A stretch of DNA of 64,000 bases from Prevotellaceae bacterium (GTDB lineage: Bacteria > Bacteroidota > Bacteroidia > Bacteroidales > Bacteroidaceae): positions 10,473 to 74,472 of the forward strand of contig JABZKU010000009.1 of the NCBI GenBank assembly GCA_015257125.1. Reading direction: 5' to 3'. The stretch's first letter is position 1; every line of letters starts with the position of its first letter. The position numbers and the translations under genes were made by a program. Under the pieces are notes generated by a model. It did not search any database. It saw only the letters and a list, made by a program, of their open reading frames with translations, and was not told where the DNA came from. Shown one piece after another: positions 40,135-54,385 of the stretch.

Positions 40135-40893
40135 TCAGCCGCCGCACACCCACAAACGCGGGATTTCATCTTCGCCCCAGGGCGCAAAACCTTCATATTC
40201 GAAGTCACGCAAATCCTCCGGGCGCACAATGCGGTGCGTAAGGACATGTCGCGTCAAGGCACCGCGCATCATTTTGGCATAGACGACAATGGTCTTCTGC
40301 TTGTCCCCTTGCATCACGCGAAACTCCGGCGAGATCACTTGCACCGTACGTTCCACGCGTGCCCAATCGAAGAGGCGTTTCATCTCTCCGCTCGCCAGAT
40401 AGAGCAACATCCCGTCGTCGGCCTGCACGCTCTCAATGAGCACGTCGGTGAGCAAGGGCTTCCAATAATCGAAAAGCGAACGTCCCTCCGCGCCGGGGGC
40501 CGGCACCGTTCCTTCCAAACGATAAGACGCAATGGCGTCGAGGGGGCGATTGAGCCCATAGAGGAAAGAAGTGATCCACAAATGCGCCTGTGCGTAGTCC
40601 ATCTCCTCTGCGCTGAACTCCTCGGCGCGAAGATGCTGATACGCCATGCCGGCATAAATGAGTGAGGCGGGCGCTGTCTTGGGTTCGGCGAGCAAGGCGG
40701 CAAAATCCATGGCCGCCCGCGCACCGAGACGCGGCGTGGTGCCCAAGATAGTGGCCAACTCCTCGCCGTCGTAGCGACTCATGTGGGCGGCGATATCAAG
40801 GGCTTGAGACAAAAAGCGCGGTGTGCTGACCGCAAACGAAGAAGTAGGCACAGACGAGTGCATTTTCTTGGCAGGCGAAAGAAGTATCTGCAT
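40135..40893 (-). CDS. yaaA: peroxide stress protein YaaA (UPF0246)
   Basis: MQILLSPAKKM... is the typical YaaA start. About 252 aa. Confidence 0.7.
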   Translation of the reverse strand: MQILLSPAKKMHSSVPTSSFAVSTPRFLSQALDIAAHMSRYDGEELATILGTTPRLGARAAMDFAALLAEPKTAPASLIYAGMAYQHLRAEEFSAEEMDYAQAHLWITSFLYGLNRPLDAIASYRLEGTVPAPGAEGRSLFDYWKPLLTDVLIESVQADDGMLLYLASGEMKRLFDWARVERTVQVISPEFRVMQGDKQKTIVVYAKMMRGALTRHVLTHRIVRPEDLRDFEYEGFAPWGEDEIPRLWVCGG

Positions 40894-41265
40894 AAATACG
40901 AGAAAGACATTCAAAAGAAAACGGGGGCGTAACCTGCGCCCCACAAGGCATTTCACAAGGAACAGGAAAAGCGAGAAGCACAGCGCGAGGTGTTTTGATC
41001 GAAACCGAACATTTCGCTTTCCACCTCACACTCCTTATATATACGCGTGCGCGCGTAGAAATCGCCCGAAAGGAAACGGCAACCGGTCGGAGCGTTGTTT
41101 TTTCGATCTACCGATCGTACAACAACGAAAAACCTTTGCACCATCGCCTTCACTCCCCCACCCTTTCAACCCCAATCGGTTGCACGGGCGGGCAAGGAGT
41201 GAAGGCGATGTGCAGTAGCGCCGGACAACGACGAAAGATTAACACACGAAGTGCGTCACCGCGCC

Positions 41266-41745
41266 TCAATCGGGATAAGTCAACCGATCGGGGGTAAGAT
41301 TGCGCAGCACCTCGTCGAGATACTTGCGCGCTTCCCATTGTGCCATGGGCAGATCCATCAAACGGAAGTTACCGCAGTCGCGCGCTGTGGCGCCGGGCAC
41401 TTCGCCCTCAAAGGCCGCGATAAATTCGTAGGTCTCGATGAGCAGCGGGATGATCTCGCTCGAGGTGAGATCGCCTTTCAAAATCAGGTAATTTCCCGTC
41501 AGGCAACCCATGGGTCCCCAATAGATCACGCGATCTGCCCAAACGGGGTGATTGCGCAGGAAGGTCGCAGCGAGGTGCTCCATGGTGTGAATGGCATTGA
41601 CATGCAAGGCCGGTTCGCGGTTGGGCGCTTTCATGCGCACATCGAAAGTGGTGACGATTTCGTCGCCCACGCGATCTTGACGACTCACATAAACCCCACG
41701 GCGCAGCGTGAGGTGGTTGACGGTGAAGGAGGGTATTTTTTTCAT
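41266..41745 (-). CDS. luxS: S-ribosylhomocysteine lyase LuxS
   Basis: HTMEHLAATFLRNH metal-binding HxxEH motif. 159 aa. Confidence 0.85.
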   Translation of the reverse strand: MKKIPSFTVNHLTLRRGVYVSRQDRVGDEIVTTFDVRMKAPNREPALHVNAIHTMEHLAATFLRNHPVWADRVIYWGPMGCLTGNYLILKGDLTSSEIIPLLIETYEFIAAFEGEVPGATARDCGNFRLMDLPMAQWEARKYLDEVLRNLTPDRLTYPD

Positions 41746-41757
41746 GCGAAAGGCGTT

Positions 41758-42474
41758 TCAAAAAGTAGTGGGAATGCGCGAAAGGAAAGTGCGTGTGATG
41801 CCGAACGAACGATCGGCCATCGTGCCCCAGAAGTCTTGATATTGTTCCCAATGGGCTTCGGCGCCCGGCGTGTCGCTGATGACACGGAAACTCAGGAACG
41901 GCACGTTGTGAAGGTGACAGGCGTGGGCGATGGCCGCACTCTCCATGTCTACGGCCAGCGCTTCGGGGAAGGCGCCGAGCACAGCCTTGAGTTCCGCGGG
42001 ATCGGTGATGAACTTGTCGCCGGTGCAGGTCAGTCCGCAGCACACAGGCGTCTCGACGGCGGGATCGTCGGCCAAGTCGCGCGCCACAGCCAGCAAACGT
42101 GCGTCGGCATCGAAGCGAGCCGGCAGTCCCTGTACCTGACCGTAGGCATTGCCCTCGCCGCACCACACATCGTGGTAGACGGTAGAAGCGGCAGCCACCA
42201 CGCCCATCACACCGGGTTCGGGTGCGAGCCCGCCGGCACAGCCCGTACTGATCATCGCATCGGGACAATGAGCAGCGATCAGCGACGCCGCCGTGAGTGC
42301 CGCGTTCACCTTGCCGATGCCGCTCATGGCCAGCACCACCGTGTGGTCGCCCAAACGTCCCGTCAATACGGGGGGCGCACCGAAAGTGGCAGCGGGAAGT
42401 TCGGCGCAGTCCGTGAGCAGCGCCGCAATTTGGTCATGCTCGACTTGCATGGCCGTGATGATTCCTATTTTCAT
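41758..42474 (-). CDS. mtnN: 5'-methylthioadenosine/S-adenosylhomocysteine nucleosidase
   Basis: MKIGIITAMQVEHDQIAALL... 238 aa. It lies immediately upstream of luxS (activated methyl cycle operon). Confidence 0.8.
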   Translation of the reverse strand: MKIGIITAMQVEHDQIAALLTDCAELPAATFGAPPVLTGRLGDHTVVLAMSGIGKVNAALTAASLIAAHCPDAMISTGCAGGLAPEPGVMGVVAAASTVYHDVWCGEGNAYGQVQGLPARFDADARLLAVARDLADDPAVETPVCCGLTCTGDKFITDPAELKAVLGAFPEALAVDMESAAIAHACHLHNVPFLSFRVISDTPGAEAHWEQYQDFWGTMADRSFGITRTFLSRIPTTF

Positions 42475-42566
42475 CGTGGAGTTTTTATGGAGATTTGCCT
42501 ACAAAAATACGGCTTTTCGGCCGACATTGTGTAACTTTGCCACTTAATAATCATGTAACTAATCAG

Positions 42567-45239
42567 ATGAAACAATTTCTTCGCCGCTCATGGCCCGACC
42601 TCGTGGTTGTGCTGTGTTTTCTGCTGGTAAGTTTCGCCTATTTCGCCACGCCCATCAGCGAAGGCCTCGTGTTGGGCGGCCACGATACCGTGGCCGGCAT
42701 GGGACAAGGACAGGAACAAGCCGCTTATCATGAGGCCACGGGCGAACGCTCCCGTTGGACGAACAGTATCTTCTCGGGTATGCCCACTTATCAGATTTCG
42801 CCGACCTACGGTTCGACGAAAGTGATGAGCGTGGTCGAGACCGTCGTGCGCCTTTGCACCTCCGGCCCGCTCGGCTTCCTCTTCCTCTACCTCTTCGGCT
42901 TCTACCTGCTGATGCGCGCCCTGCGTTTCAAACCGCTGCTCTCGGCTTTCGGCGCGACGGCATGGGCGTTTTCGAGTTATTTTCTCATCATCATCGCCGC
43001 CGGACACCTCTGGAAGGTGAACACCCTCGGCTTCATTCCGCCCACCATCGCCGGCTTGGTGCTGGCCTATCGCGGCAAATACTTGTGGGGCGCGACCGTC
43101 ACGGCGCTTTTTGCCGCCTTGCAGATTGCAGCCAACCACTTGCAAATGACTTACTACTTCCTGTTTGTCATGCTCTTCGTGGCAGTGGCCTACGGCATTG
43201 AGGCTTTGCGCAGCAAAACCCTCGGCCGCTGGGCGAAAGCCACCGGCGCCCTCGTGGTGGGTGGTCTCTTGGCGGCGGCGGTCAACCTGCCGAATCTCTA
43301 CCACACGTGGCAATACTCGAAAGAGTCGATGCGCGGCAAGACCGAACTCACCACGCCCTCGCCCAAAAAGGCCGAAACCGCCGATGCGCCCTCGGCAGAG
43401 GGCACTGACGGATTGGCGCGCGACTACATCACGCAGTGGAGTTATGGCGTCGACGAGACGCTCACGCTCTTGATGCCCGACTTCAAAGGCGGCGGATCGA
43501 GCAGCATTCTCGACCGCGAAGGCATAGAAAAGTTGGAAGGCTACAACGAGTTCTATCAATACGCCACGCAGTTGCAGCAAGCCACCGGCTCGGGCAACGT
43601 GCCGGGCATCATCCAGTATTGGGGTGACCAACCTTTCACCGTAGGTCCCGTCTATGTGGGTGCCATCATCTGCTTCCTCTTCGTGCTCGGCCTCTGTCTG
43701 GTGCGCGGCCCGCTCAAGTGGGCGCTCGCCGCAGCCACCCTGCTCTCTTTCCTCTTCGCCTGGGGACACAACTTCATGGCAGCCACCGACTTCTTCATCG
43801 ACGTGCTGCCCATGTACTCCAAGTTCCGCACCGTTTCGTCGGCCTTGGTGATCGCAGAGTTCACCATGCCCGTCTTGGCGATGCTCGCCTTGGCCGAAGT
43901 GATTCGCCATCCCGAAAAGATTTTCGGCACGCGCCGCGGCAAAGTCTCCCTCGGTGTGGCCGCCGTCCTCACGGTGGGCGTGAGTCTGTTCTATGCGCTC
44001 GTGCCCGATGCGGCCAATCTGCTTTCTTCTACCGACCAACAAGCCTTTGCTCAGCTGCAGCAATTCGGTGTGCCCGCCGATTTCATCAATGGCTACAAGG
44101 GTGCCCTCCTTTCGCTCCACGCCGCCATCCTTTCGGCCACCGCTTGGCGCGCTTTCTTCCTCTCTTTCATCGCCCTTGCGCTGGTGGCGGCTTATGCCAA
44201 GTGGCCGAAAGCAATTCCTTCGGCCGCCGTGGTGGGTGTGCTCCTCTTGCTCACGCTCGGCGACCTCTGGAACATCGATCGCCGCTACTTGAACACCGAT
44301 AGTTTCAAAGAACCCGAAGCGATGCAGGGCAACTTCGCCAAATCGCCTGCCGATCAGCTCATTTTGCAGGACAAGGATCCCAACTTCCGTGTGCTCAATC
44401 TTTCGGGCGGCAATCCGTTCAACGAAACCTCGAACCAAACGGCCTACTGGCACAAGTCGATCGGCGGCTATCACGCCGCGAAACTCCGTCGCTATCAAGA
44501 GTTGATCAACTTCTACCTCGACGACGAATGCCAACACCTCGGCCAAGCGGCGCAAGCGGCCTATTCTCAAGCGGCGGCCGACAGCGCGCAACTCGTGGCG
44601 CGCGGCATTCGCACCCCCGAGCAGCTGAATGACTACGTGGCTTTGACCCTCGACACCGATTCGGTGACGCCCCTGCTGAATATGCTCAACATGAAGTGGG
44701 TGATCCTCAGCGGCGGCAACATCGCCCTGCGCAACACGCACGCCAACGGCAATGCGTGGTTTGTCAATGAGGTGAAGTTTGCCGACAATGCCGATGCCGA
44801 AATCCGTGCCCTCGGCAAACTCGACACGAAACACCAAGCCGTGGCCGATGTGCGCTTCAAGTCGCAGCTCGAAGGCGCCACCGACGGACAAGGTCGCATT
44901 GAACTCAAGCAATATGCGCCGAACGAACTCCGCTACACGAGCGAAAACAGTAAAGCCGGCGTGGCGGTCTTCTCCGAAATCTACTATCCCGGCTGGACGG
45001 CCACCATCGATGGCCAACCGGTGGAGGTGGCTCGCGTCAACTACGTGTTGCGCGCCCTCCGCGTTCCCGCCGGTCGTCACGAAATTGTCTTCTCTTTCCG
45101 CCCCACCTCGGTGAGCACAACAGAAGTCATCGCCTACGTGGCCTTCGCCCTCTTGATCGCGGGCTTCCTCTTTGCCGCGTGGCGACAATGGCGCACCGCC
45201 GGAGAGGAAAGCGACGAAGCGGAGACGTCCGCGGCGTAA
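42567..45239 (+). CDS. YfhO-family polytopic membrane protein
   Basis: About 890 aa with many transmembrane segments and an MKQFLRRSWPDLVVVLCFLLVSFAYF start. The architecture is typical of the Bacteroidota YfhO-like (glycosyltransferase-39-like) family. Confidence 0.55.
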   Translation: MKQFLRRSWPDLVVVLCFLLVSFAYFATPISEGLVLGGHDTVAGMGQGQEQAAYHEATGERSRWTNSIFSGMPTYQISPTYGSTKVMSVVETVVRLCTSGPLGFLFLYLFGFYLLMRALRFKPLLSAFGATAWAFSSYFLIIIAAGHLWKVNTLGFIPPTIAGLVLAYRGKYLWGATVTALFAALQIAANHLQMTYYFLFVMLFVAVAYGIEALRSKTLGRWAKATGALVVGGLLAAAVNLPNLYHTWQYSKESMRGKTELTTPSPKKAETADAPSAEGTDGLARDYITQWSYGVDETLTLLMPDFKGGGSSSILDREGIEKLEGYNEFYQYATQLQQATGSGNVPGIIQYWGDQPFTVGPVYVGAIICFLFVLGLCLVRGPLKWALAAATLLSFLFAWGHNFMAATDFFIDVLPMYSKFRTVSSALVIAEFTMPVLAMLALAEVIRHPEKIFGTRRGKVSLGVAAVLTVGVSLFYALVPDAANLLSSTDQQAFAQLQQFGVPADFINGYKGALLSLHAAILSATAWRAFFLSFIALALVAAYAKWPKAIPSAAVVGVLLLLTLGDLWNIDRRYLNTDSFKEPEAMQGNFAKSPADQLILQDKDPNFRVLNLSGGNPFNETSNQTAYWHKSIGGYHAAKLRRYQELINFYLDDECQHLGQAAQAAYSQAAADSAQLVARGIRTPEQLNDYVALTLDTDSVTPLLNMLNMKWVILSGGNIALRNTHANGNAWFVNEVKFADNADAEIRALGKLDTKHQAVADVRFKSQLEGATDGQGRIELKQYAPNELRYTSENSKAGVAVFSEIYYPGWTATIDGQPVEVARVNYVLRALRVPAGRHEIVFSFRPTSVSTTEVIAYVAFALLIAGFLFAAWRQWRTAGEESDEAETSAA

Positions 45240-45424
45240 TGCGCGAACGGACGACGCCACGGCTACGAACCTTTTGACTACTTTTTAATTCTCGCAGCGC
45301 TGTTTCGGCAGCGTGAGCACGCACAGAACTCCCCGATGCACCTCTTCTCAAAGGCGCACGGGGAGTTTTGCCACCCACCCCCGAAACAACCACTGCTCAT
45401 TTTCAACTCAAAACAATACGAATT

Positions 45425-46525
45425 ATGCGCATTCATCACCAACTGCTTGTTTCTGTCGCTGCGTTGGGGCTGGCCTTCGGGCTTGCCCTCACTTCCTGCG
45501 CACGCACACAGCACAACACTCAAACACCAACCGCAATGAACGATACTGCCACTCTCTACTTTGCCGGAGGCTGCTTCTGGGGCACCGAGCATTTCTTCAA
45601 ACAAATCAACGGGGTGCTCGACACCCGCGTGGGCTATGCCAACGGCCACACGGAAAACCCCACCTACGAACAAGTGTGCGGCCACAACACCGGTTTTGCC
45701 GAGGCCGTCGAAGTGAAATACGACCCGCAACGCCTTCCGCTCACACTCCTTGTGCAACTCTTCTTCCGCACCGTCGACCCGACCAGCGTAAACCGTCAGG
45801 GCGGTGACGTGGGGCCGCAATACCGCACCGGCATCTACTACACCGATCCCGACCTGCGTCCGATGCTCATAGCCGAGAAAGCCAAACTCGCCGCCGCTAT
45901 CGGTCGCCCCGTGGCCATCGAGGTCGAACCGCTCCACAACTTCTATGCCGCCGAAGACTATCACCAAGACTATCTCGATGTGCATCCGGGTGGCTATTGC
46001 CATGTGCCGAGTGCCCTCTTTGAGGAAGCCCGCAAGGCGAACGCCGACACGCCGGAAAAACGCACGTATAAGAAAGCCACCGACGCGGAATTGCGCAGCC
46101 GACTCAACGACCTCCAATACGCCGTGACGCAAAAAGCGGCCACCGAAGCCCCACACAAAAATGCCTACGATAAGGAGTTCCGCCCGGGCATCTATGTAGA
46201 CATCACGACCGGCGAACCCCTTTTCCTCTCTACCGACAAGTTTGAATCGGGTTGCGGCTGGCCGGCCTTCTCGAAGCCCATCGATCCGCACCTGCTCGAC
46301 AACCTCTCCGACAACAGCCACGGCATGCAACGCACGGAGGTGCGCAGCAAACTCGGCGGTGCCCACCTCGGCCACGTCTTCAACGACGGCCCGAAAGCCA
46401 CCGGCGGACTGCGCTATTGCATCAACAGTGCCTCGCTTCGCTTTGTCCCCAAAGCGGAGATGGAGCGCGAAGGCTACGGCGCCCTCCTGCCTTTGCTCGA
46501 CACACCGAAGGCCATGGCGCATTGA
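45425..46525 (+). CDS. msrAB: bifunctional peptide-methionine sulfoxide reductase MsrA/MsrB, lipoprotein
   Basis: MsrA motif [15 protein letters not shown] and MsrB CGWPAF...[11 protein letters not shown]. Lipoprotein signal LALTSC. Confidence 0.85.
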   Translation: MRIHHQLLVSVAALGLAFGLALTSCARTQHNTQTPTAMNDTATLYFAGGCFWGTEHFFKQINGVLDTRVGYANGHTENPTYEQVCGHNTGFAEAVEVKYDPQRLPLTLLVQLFFRTVDPTSVNRQGGDVGPQYRTGIYYTDPDLRPMLIAEKAKLAAAIGRPVAIEVEPLHNFYAAEDYHQDYLDVHPGGYCHVPSALFEEARKANADTPEKRTYKKATDAELRSRLNDLQYAVTQKAATEAPHKNAYDKEFRPGIYVDITTGEPLFLSTDKFESGCGWPAFSKPIDPHLLDNLSDNSHGMQRTEVRSKLGGAHLGHVFNDGPKATGGLRYCINSASLRFVPKAEMEREGYGALLPLLDTPKAMAH

Positions 46526-46647
46526 GATCGCGGCGCTTTTCATCCCGCATTTCCGTTTTTCCCGACCGCTCCTCGTCCTTTTCGACGAGGAGCGGTTGGC
46601 GTTTGTAGTACTGTCCACACCACCCGAAACATCGGAGGGAGTTTTGT

Positions 46648-46715
46648 CGAAAAAGTCCACCGGTTTTGCGACAAACTCCACTGCTTTCACGCAAAAGTCC
46701 ACCGTTTTTTCCTGC
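46648..46715. repeat. array of three ~22-bp tandem units, core AAAAGTCCAC(C/T)G-TTTT (member of a dispersed intergenic repeat family)
   Basis: The three units are cgaaaaagtccaccggttttgcg, acaaactccactgctttcacgc and aaaagtccaccgttttttcctgc, with a 21-22 bp period. Similar arrays lie at 3140-3205, 9172-9196, 11767-11815, 13128-13190, 29774-29841, 54076-54162 and 63034-63124. Confidence 0.7.
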
Positions 46716-47130
46716 TTCTTTTGGCCTATGTGAGCACAACGGCCGACGATTGGGGAAAAGTTCACCGCGCGGGAGAAAATGCGCCACAAACAAGGCGGCG
46801 CATTCCATGGTTTCTCCGACCGCGGTGGGTGTTTTTCTCCTCATCGCCCCTCTTTCCGTTGCGAAAGAGGGGCGATGTTTTTGCCCTTCGCCCGCAGCCG
46901 GCGAAAACGACCTGTCGGCACGAAGGAAAGGGTGAGGGCGGGCGAAAGTGTAGACGAGGCGGTGCGGAAGCACGGGCGGAAAGGCGTGGGCACAAGGGCA
47001 CAAAAAAGCGCCGGCCGACGTGAGTTAAACGTCTGCCGGCGCGAAGAGGAAGCACTGTGAGCGAAGCGAACACTTAGTCGTGAGCCGTCACCATCAAGGC
47101 GCGGCGACTAAGCTGTTTCGCCGCAGGAGC

Positions 47131-51108
<3,978 letters not shown>

Positions 51109-51150
51109 TTAGAGAGATAATTGTCAGCATAGGACAGGGCGTCGCCACAC

Positions 51151-51858
51151 TTACTCGAAGTAGAAAGTGAGCACCACCATATTGGGCGTGGTTCGCTGCA
51201 AACTTTGCGTAAACACCAGCTGTGTGGGATCGGTCAAGTCGGGTCGGTTGCGCTGCAACGTGTTGTTCAGCCCGAAACAGAACTTAATTTCCGGAATCAG
51301 CTTGAAGAACGGCAGATAAAAGTCGCAGCCGAACCCCACTTCCGCGAAGGTTTGCAGCGGACGCGTGCGGATATAACTGCCTTTCGACGAGGTGAGGTCA
51401 TACATCACGTCAAGTCCGCCCACCGCATAGGGACGAAAATTATTATAGCGCGGACCGGCGACTTTGACGAGGGCAGGAACGGCGATATACGTCGTTTTCA
51501 TGTCCTGCGTGAGCTCTTGTTTTGTCGCCATGTTGCGAAAGGTCAGGTGTTTCGAGCCGAAATGCAGCGTAGGGGTGACGCGAAATGCCAAATTGCGCGT
51601 GAATCTCCATTCGCCCAAGACACCTACCGAGAAACCGAAGTTCTGTCTGTCGTTCTCGCCCACCCATTGTGCGCCGTCGGCCTCGTTGATGTAGCCGTTG
51701 TTGAGGAGTTTCAGCCCCTGGTCGTGGAGTCCGATCTGAAAGCCGTAGTGCCACGGACGTTCGTCGATGAACGGTTTGTATTGCACCACACGTTGCTGTG
51801 CTCCGCCGCGAAGTGCGGTGAAGCAAAGGAGGAAAATGAAGAGCAACCTTGTGGACAT
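51151..51858 (-). CDS. outer-membrane beta-barrel protein (PorT/SprT-like family?)
   Basis: Signal peptide, about 235 aa, alternating hydrophobic beta-strand pattern, terminal aromatic residue (YFE). Confidence 0.35.
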   Translation of the reverse strand: MSTRLLFIFLLCFTALRGGAQQRVVQYKPFIDERPWHYGFQIGLHDQGLKLLNNGYINEADGAQWVGENDRQNFGFSVGVLGEWRFTRNLAFRVTPTLHFGSKHLTFRNMATKQELTQDMKTTYIAVPALVKVAGPRYNNFRPYAVGGLDVMYDLTSSKGSYIRTRPLQTFAEVGFGCDFYLPFFKLIPEIKFCFGLNNTLQRNRPDLTDPTQLVFTQSLQRTTPNMVVLTFYFE

Positions 51859-51922
51859 AGGGGGAAACAGAGTGAGGAGGAAGAAGCGAAGCGCGGAGAT
51901 TGCGCGGGATCAGCACAGCCAT

Positions 51923-52516
51923 TTATTGCAAACGGATGCCCACCGACTCGATGCCGGGGATTTCGTTGCGCCGCATGAGGTGATGCACGGTGATTCGTCC
52001 CTTTGCGCCGTCGGGCAGTCGGAGCGTGACGAGCGGAAAGGCGTAGGGGTGCACCGAAATGCCGCGGGCGCGAAGTCGCCCTTCGTCAGTGGTGAGATCG
52101 GCCACGAGGGTATCGGTGCGCACCATGAGCAGACTGTCGCGCAAGCAGCGGGGCGGGCGCGGCTGTCCGATGGCTCTGAAGTGGCGCCGCGCGTCGGTGC
52201 GCGCCTGCGCCGCCGAGTCCGGCACCGCCAGTGTCCACCGTTGCTGCACCACCAAGGTGATCGAACGGAAAGGACAGGGTTCGGCAGAAGATTTGCGGAG
52301 CATCACCGAGAGCGGATAGTCGCGGGCACCGGGCAAACTGTCGACCGTGAACACATACGACGTGTCGCGCGACCAGCCGTGGAGATCAACGGCGCCATAT
52401 TGCAGATAAGGTTCCGCTTCTCGGCAGGAAACGGCGAGCAGCCCCACGAAGAGGAAGGTGCAAAGTCGCCCTAAGTGTCCAAAAAAGAGAGTACGAACTG
52501 AAATCATACGGTTCAT
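51923..52516 (-). CDS. gldH: GldH-like lipoprotein
   Basis: Lipoprotein signal ...LLAVSC, W..D and DYP motifs reminiscent of GldH, and a conserved position immediately downstream of a PSP1-domain gene as in Flavobacterium gldH. Confidence 0.45.
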   Translation of the reverse strand: MNRMISVRTLFFGHLGRLCTFLFVGLLAVSCREAEPYLQYGAVDLHGWSRDTSYVFTVDSLPGARDYPLSVMLRKSSAEPCPFRSITLVVQQRWTLAVPDSAAQARTDARRHFRAIGQPRPPRCLRDSLLMVRTDTLVADLTTDEGRLRARGISVHPYAFPLVTLRLPDGAKGRITVHHLMRRNEIPGIESVGIRLQ

Positions 52517-53856
52517 GCCGTCGGAGTATTGTCGGAATTGCCGTTCGGAGTCGGGCGCGTTTGGTCGCGGCGTCCGTTGCCTTTCACCTGATCGGCGCGG
52601 GCTTCCGCATCGCGACTGTTGCGATTGCGGTCATTGCGGTTGCCGCTGCGCTCGCGGTTGCGGTCGTCGTTGCGACGGGGCGCGCGTTCACGTCGAGCAT
52701 TGCCACCGCGGGCGTTGGGAGCGCCCGCTTCCTGTCCTTCTTCCGGCGCTGTCTGTCGTGCATTGTCAGGACGGGGACGACGCTTTTTGCGCTTTTTCGA
52801 CTTGTCGAAGCGTGTCAAATCGTCTTGTTCGGCGAGGTCCACCACCTTTTTCTCGGTGGGTTGTGCACCGTTGTCGAGCGTTTCGGGCTTCTCACCGCCG
52901 CGGTTCATCTCCATCACCTCCAGTGCGCGTTCGGCACTGACGGTCACTAAGTTGGCCGCCATGCGTTTGTCGGTCGAATAGGTGATCTGTCCGCTGAGAA
53001 TGTCCGCTTTGAAATGGTAATACGTGCCGTCGATCGTCTCGAGGGGCACGTTGCGTTCGGGCAAACTCTTGTGCGCCTCGTTGTAGGCGTCGAGTTCGTA
53101 GTTCAAACAGCATTTGAGTTTACCGCATTGCCCAGCGAGTTTTTGCGGATTGGGCGAAATGTCTTGTTGGCGAGCGGCACCTGTCGACACGGTTTGGAAG
53201 TTTTTCATCCAAGTCGAGCAGCAGAGTTCGCGGCCGCACGGCCCGATGCCGCCGATGCGTCCGGCTTCTTGGCGTGCACCGATCTGGCGCATCTCGACGC
53301 GCACGTGGAAGGTATCGGCCAGCACGCGAATGAGTTTGCGGAAGTCCACACGCGAGTCGGCAATGTAGTAGAAAATCGCTTTGTTGCAGTCGCCTTGATA
53401 TTCGACGTCGCCGATTTTCATGTCCAGTTCGAGCGATTTGGCAATTTGTCGGCTTTGGATCATCGTATCGTTCTCACGACTGCGGGCTTCGTGCCATTTT
53501 TCGATGTCCGAGGTGCGTGCTTTTCGATACACGCGTTTGATTTCGCCGGCGTTCTTGGGCTGTGCCTTTTTCATTTGCAGGGGCACGAGCGAACCGGTGA
53601 GCGTTACGGTGCCAATGTCGTGGCCGGGCGATGCTTCGACGGCCACAACATCGCCTTTTTGCAGGTCGAGGTGATTATCGTTACGAAAATATCCCTTGCG
53701 GGTGTTCTTAAATTGCACTTCCACGAGATCGGAGAGCTCGTTGTTGCCGGGAATGTCGCTATTGTAGTCGTAAGTGTTAAGTTGATGTTTGGAGCACCCG
53801 CATCCGCAGGCCGAGAATCCGCGGAGAGCAGGGTCGGGAATGGTCGTTTGTGACAT
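52513..53856 (-). CDS. PSP1 C-terminal domain protein (RicT/YaaT-like) with RG-rich C-terminal tail
   Basis: PSP1 domain with Cys cluster (GGIGPCGRELCCSTW, KLKCCLNYE) and a low-complexity Arg/Asn/Gly tail. 447 aa. Confidence 0.7.
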   Translation of the reverse strand: MSQTTIPDPALRGFSACGCGCSKHQLNTYDYNSDIPGNNELSDLVEVQFKNTRKGYFRNDNHLDLQKGDVVAVEASPGHDIGTVTLTGSLVPLQMKKAQPKNAGEIKRVYRKARTSDIEKWHEARSRENDTMIQSRQIAKSLELDMKIGDVEYQGDCNKAIFYYIADSRVDFRKLIRVLADTFHVRVEMRQIGARQEAGRIGGIGPCGRELCCSTWMKNFQTVSTGAARQQDISPNPQKLAGQCGKLKCCLNYELDAYNEAHKSLPERNVPLETIDGTYYHFKADILSGQITYSTDKRMAANLVTVSAERALEVMEMNRGGEKPETLDNGAQPTEKKVVDLAEQDDLTRFDKSKKRKKRRPRPDNARQTAPEEGQEAGAPNARGGNARRERAPRRNDDRNRERSGNRNDRNRNSRDAEARADQVKGNGRRDQTRPTPNGNSDNTPTA

Positions 53857-54075
53857 GGGGAAAAATATAGTGACGGCATTGTCGGCGGCAGAAGTCAGCG
53901 GCCGCTTGCCGGGAGTGGAGGAGGGAATCCAACACGGTGTGTGTACAATTCGCCTTCATACGCAAAAGTATATTTTTTTGCTGGAAGTACCAAGTAAATG
54001 TCGGCTTTTAGCAGATTGTCCTGCACTTTGTCTGCACAAGCGCGAACGACGCGGAGGCACATTTCGAAGTTGCGG

Positions 54076-54162
54076 AGAAAAACAGTGGACTTTTCGCCAA
54101 AAGTAGGGACGTTTTCAAAGAAAGCCCACGACTTTTGGAAGAAGATTGTGGACTTTTGCGCG
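54076..54162. repeat. four-unit array of the same repeat in inverse orientation (GTGGACTTTT) upstream of PSP1 gene
   Basis: GTGGACTTTT / AGGGACGTTTT / CCACGACTTTT / GTGGACTTTT occur at 54086, 54106, 54126 and 54149, spaced 21-22 bp. Confidence 0.7.
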
Positions 54163-54385
54163 AAAGCGATACCCTGCCGAGCGAAAAAGGGGGAAGGAGC
54201 GATGAAAAAGAGGGGAAGAAGAAAAAACGGCTCGCTCTTTTCGCGTGGAAGAAAAGAGCGAGCCGAGAAAAAGAGAGGCAGCGGCGGAAGACTTTGCCTC
54301 GTCGACCGACCGGAGAAGACCGCGGGGCGCAGAAACTCGAAAACGAGCGCAGCGAAGAAGGGGCGAAGCCCGGCGCAAAAGGGGA

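Noticed and set aside
40925-40945. Small GC hairpin + T-run (on the minus strand) about 30 nt upstream of the yaaA start.
   Set aside because: Its position inside the 5' leader or possible alternative N-terminus of yaaA makes a terminator call ambiguous, and the stem is only 5-6 bp.
46422-47073. Cluster of overlapping 80-190 aa ORFs in the GC-rich spacer between msrAB and the GH2 gene.
   Set aside because: Mutually overlapping in several frames and strands, Arg/Pro/Gly-rich, and they contain the non-coding 22-bp repeat array and hairpins (46563-46600, 46848-46890).
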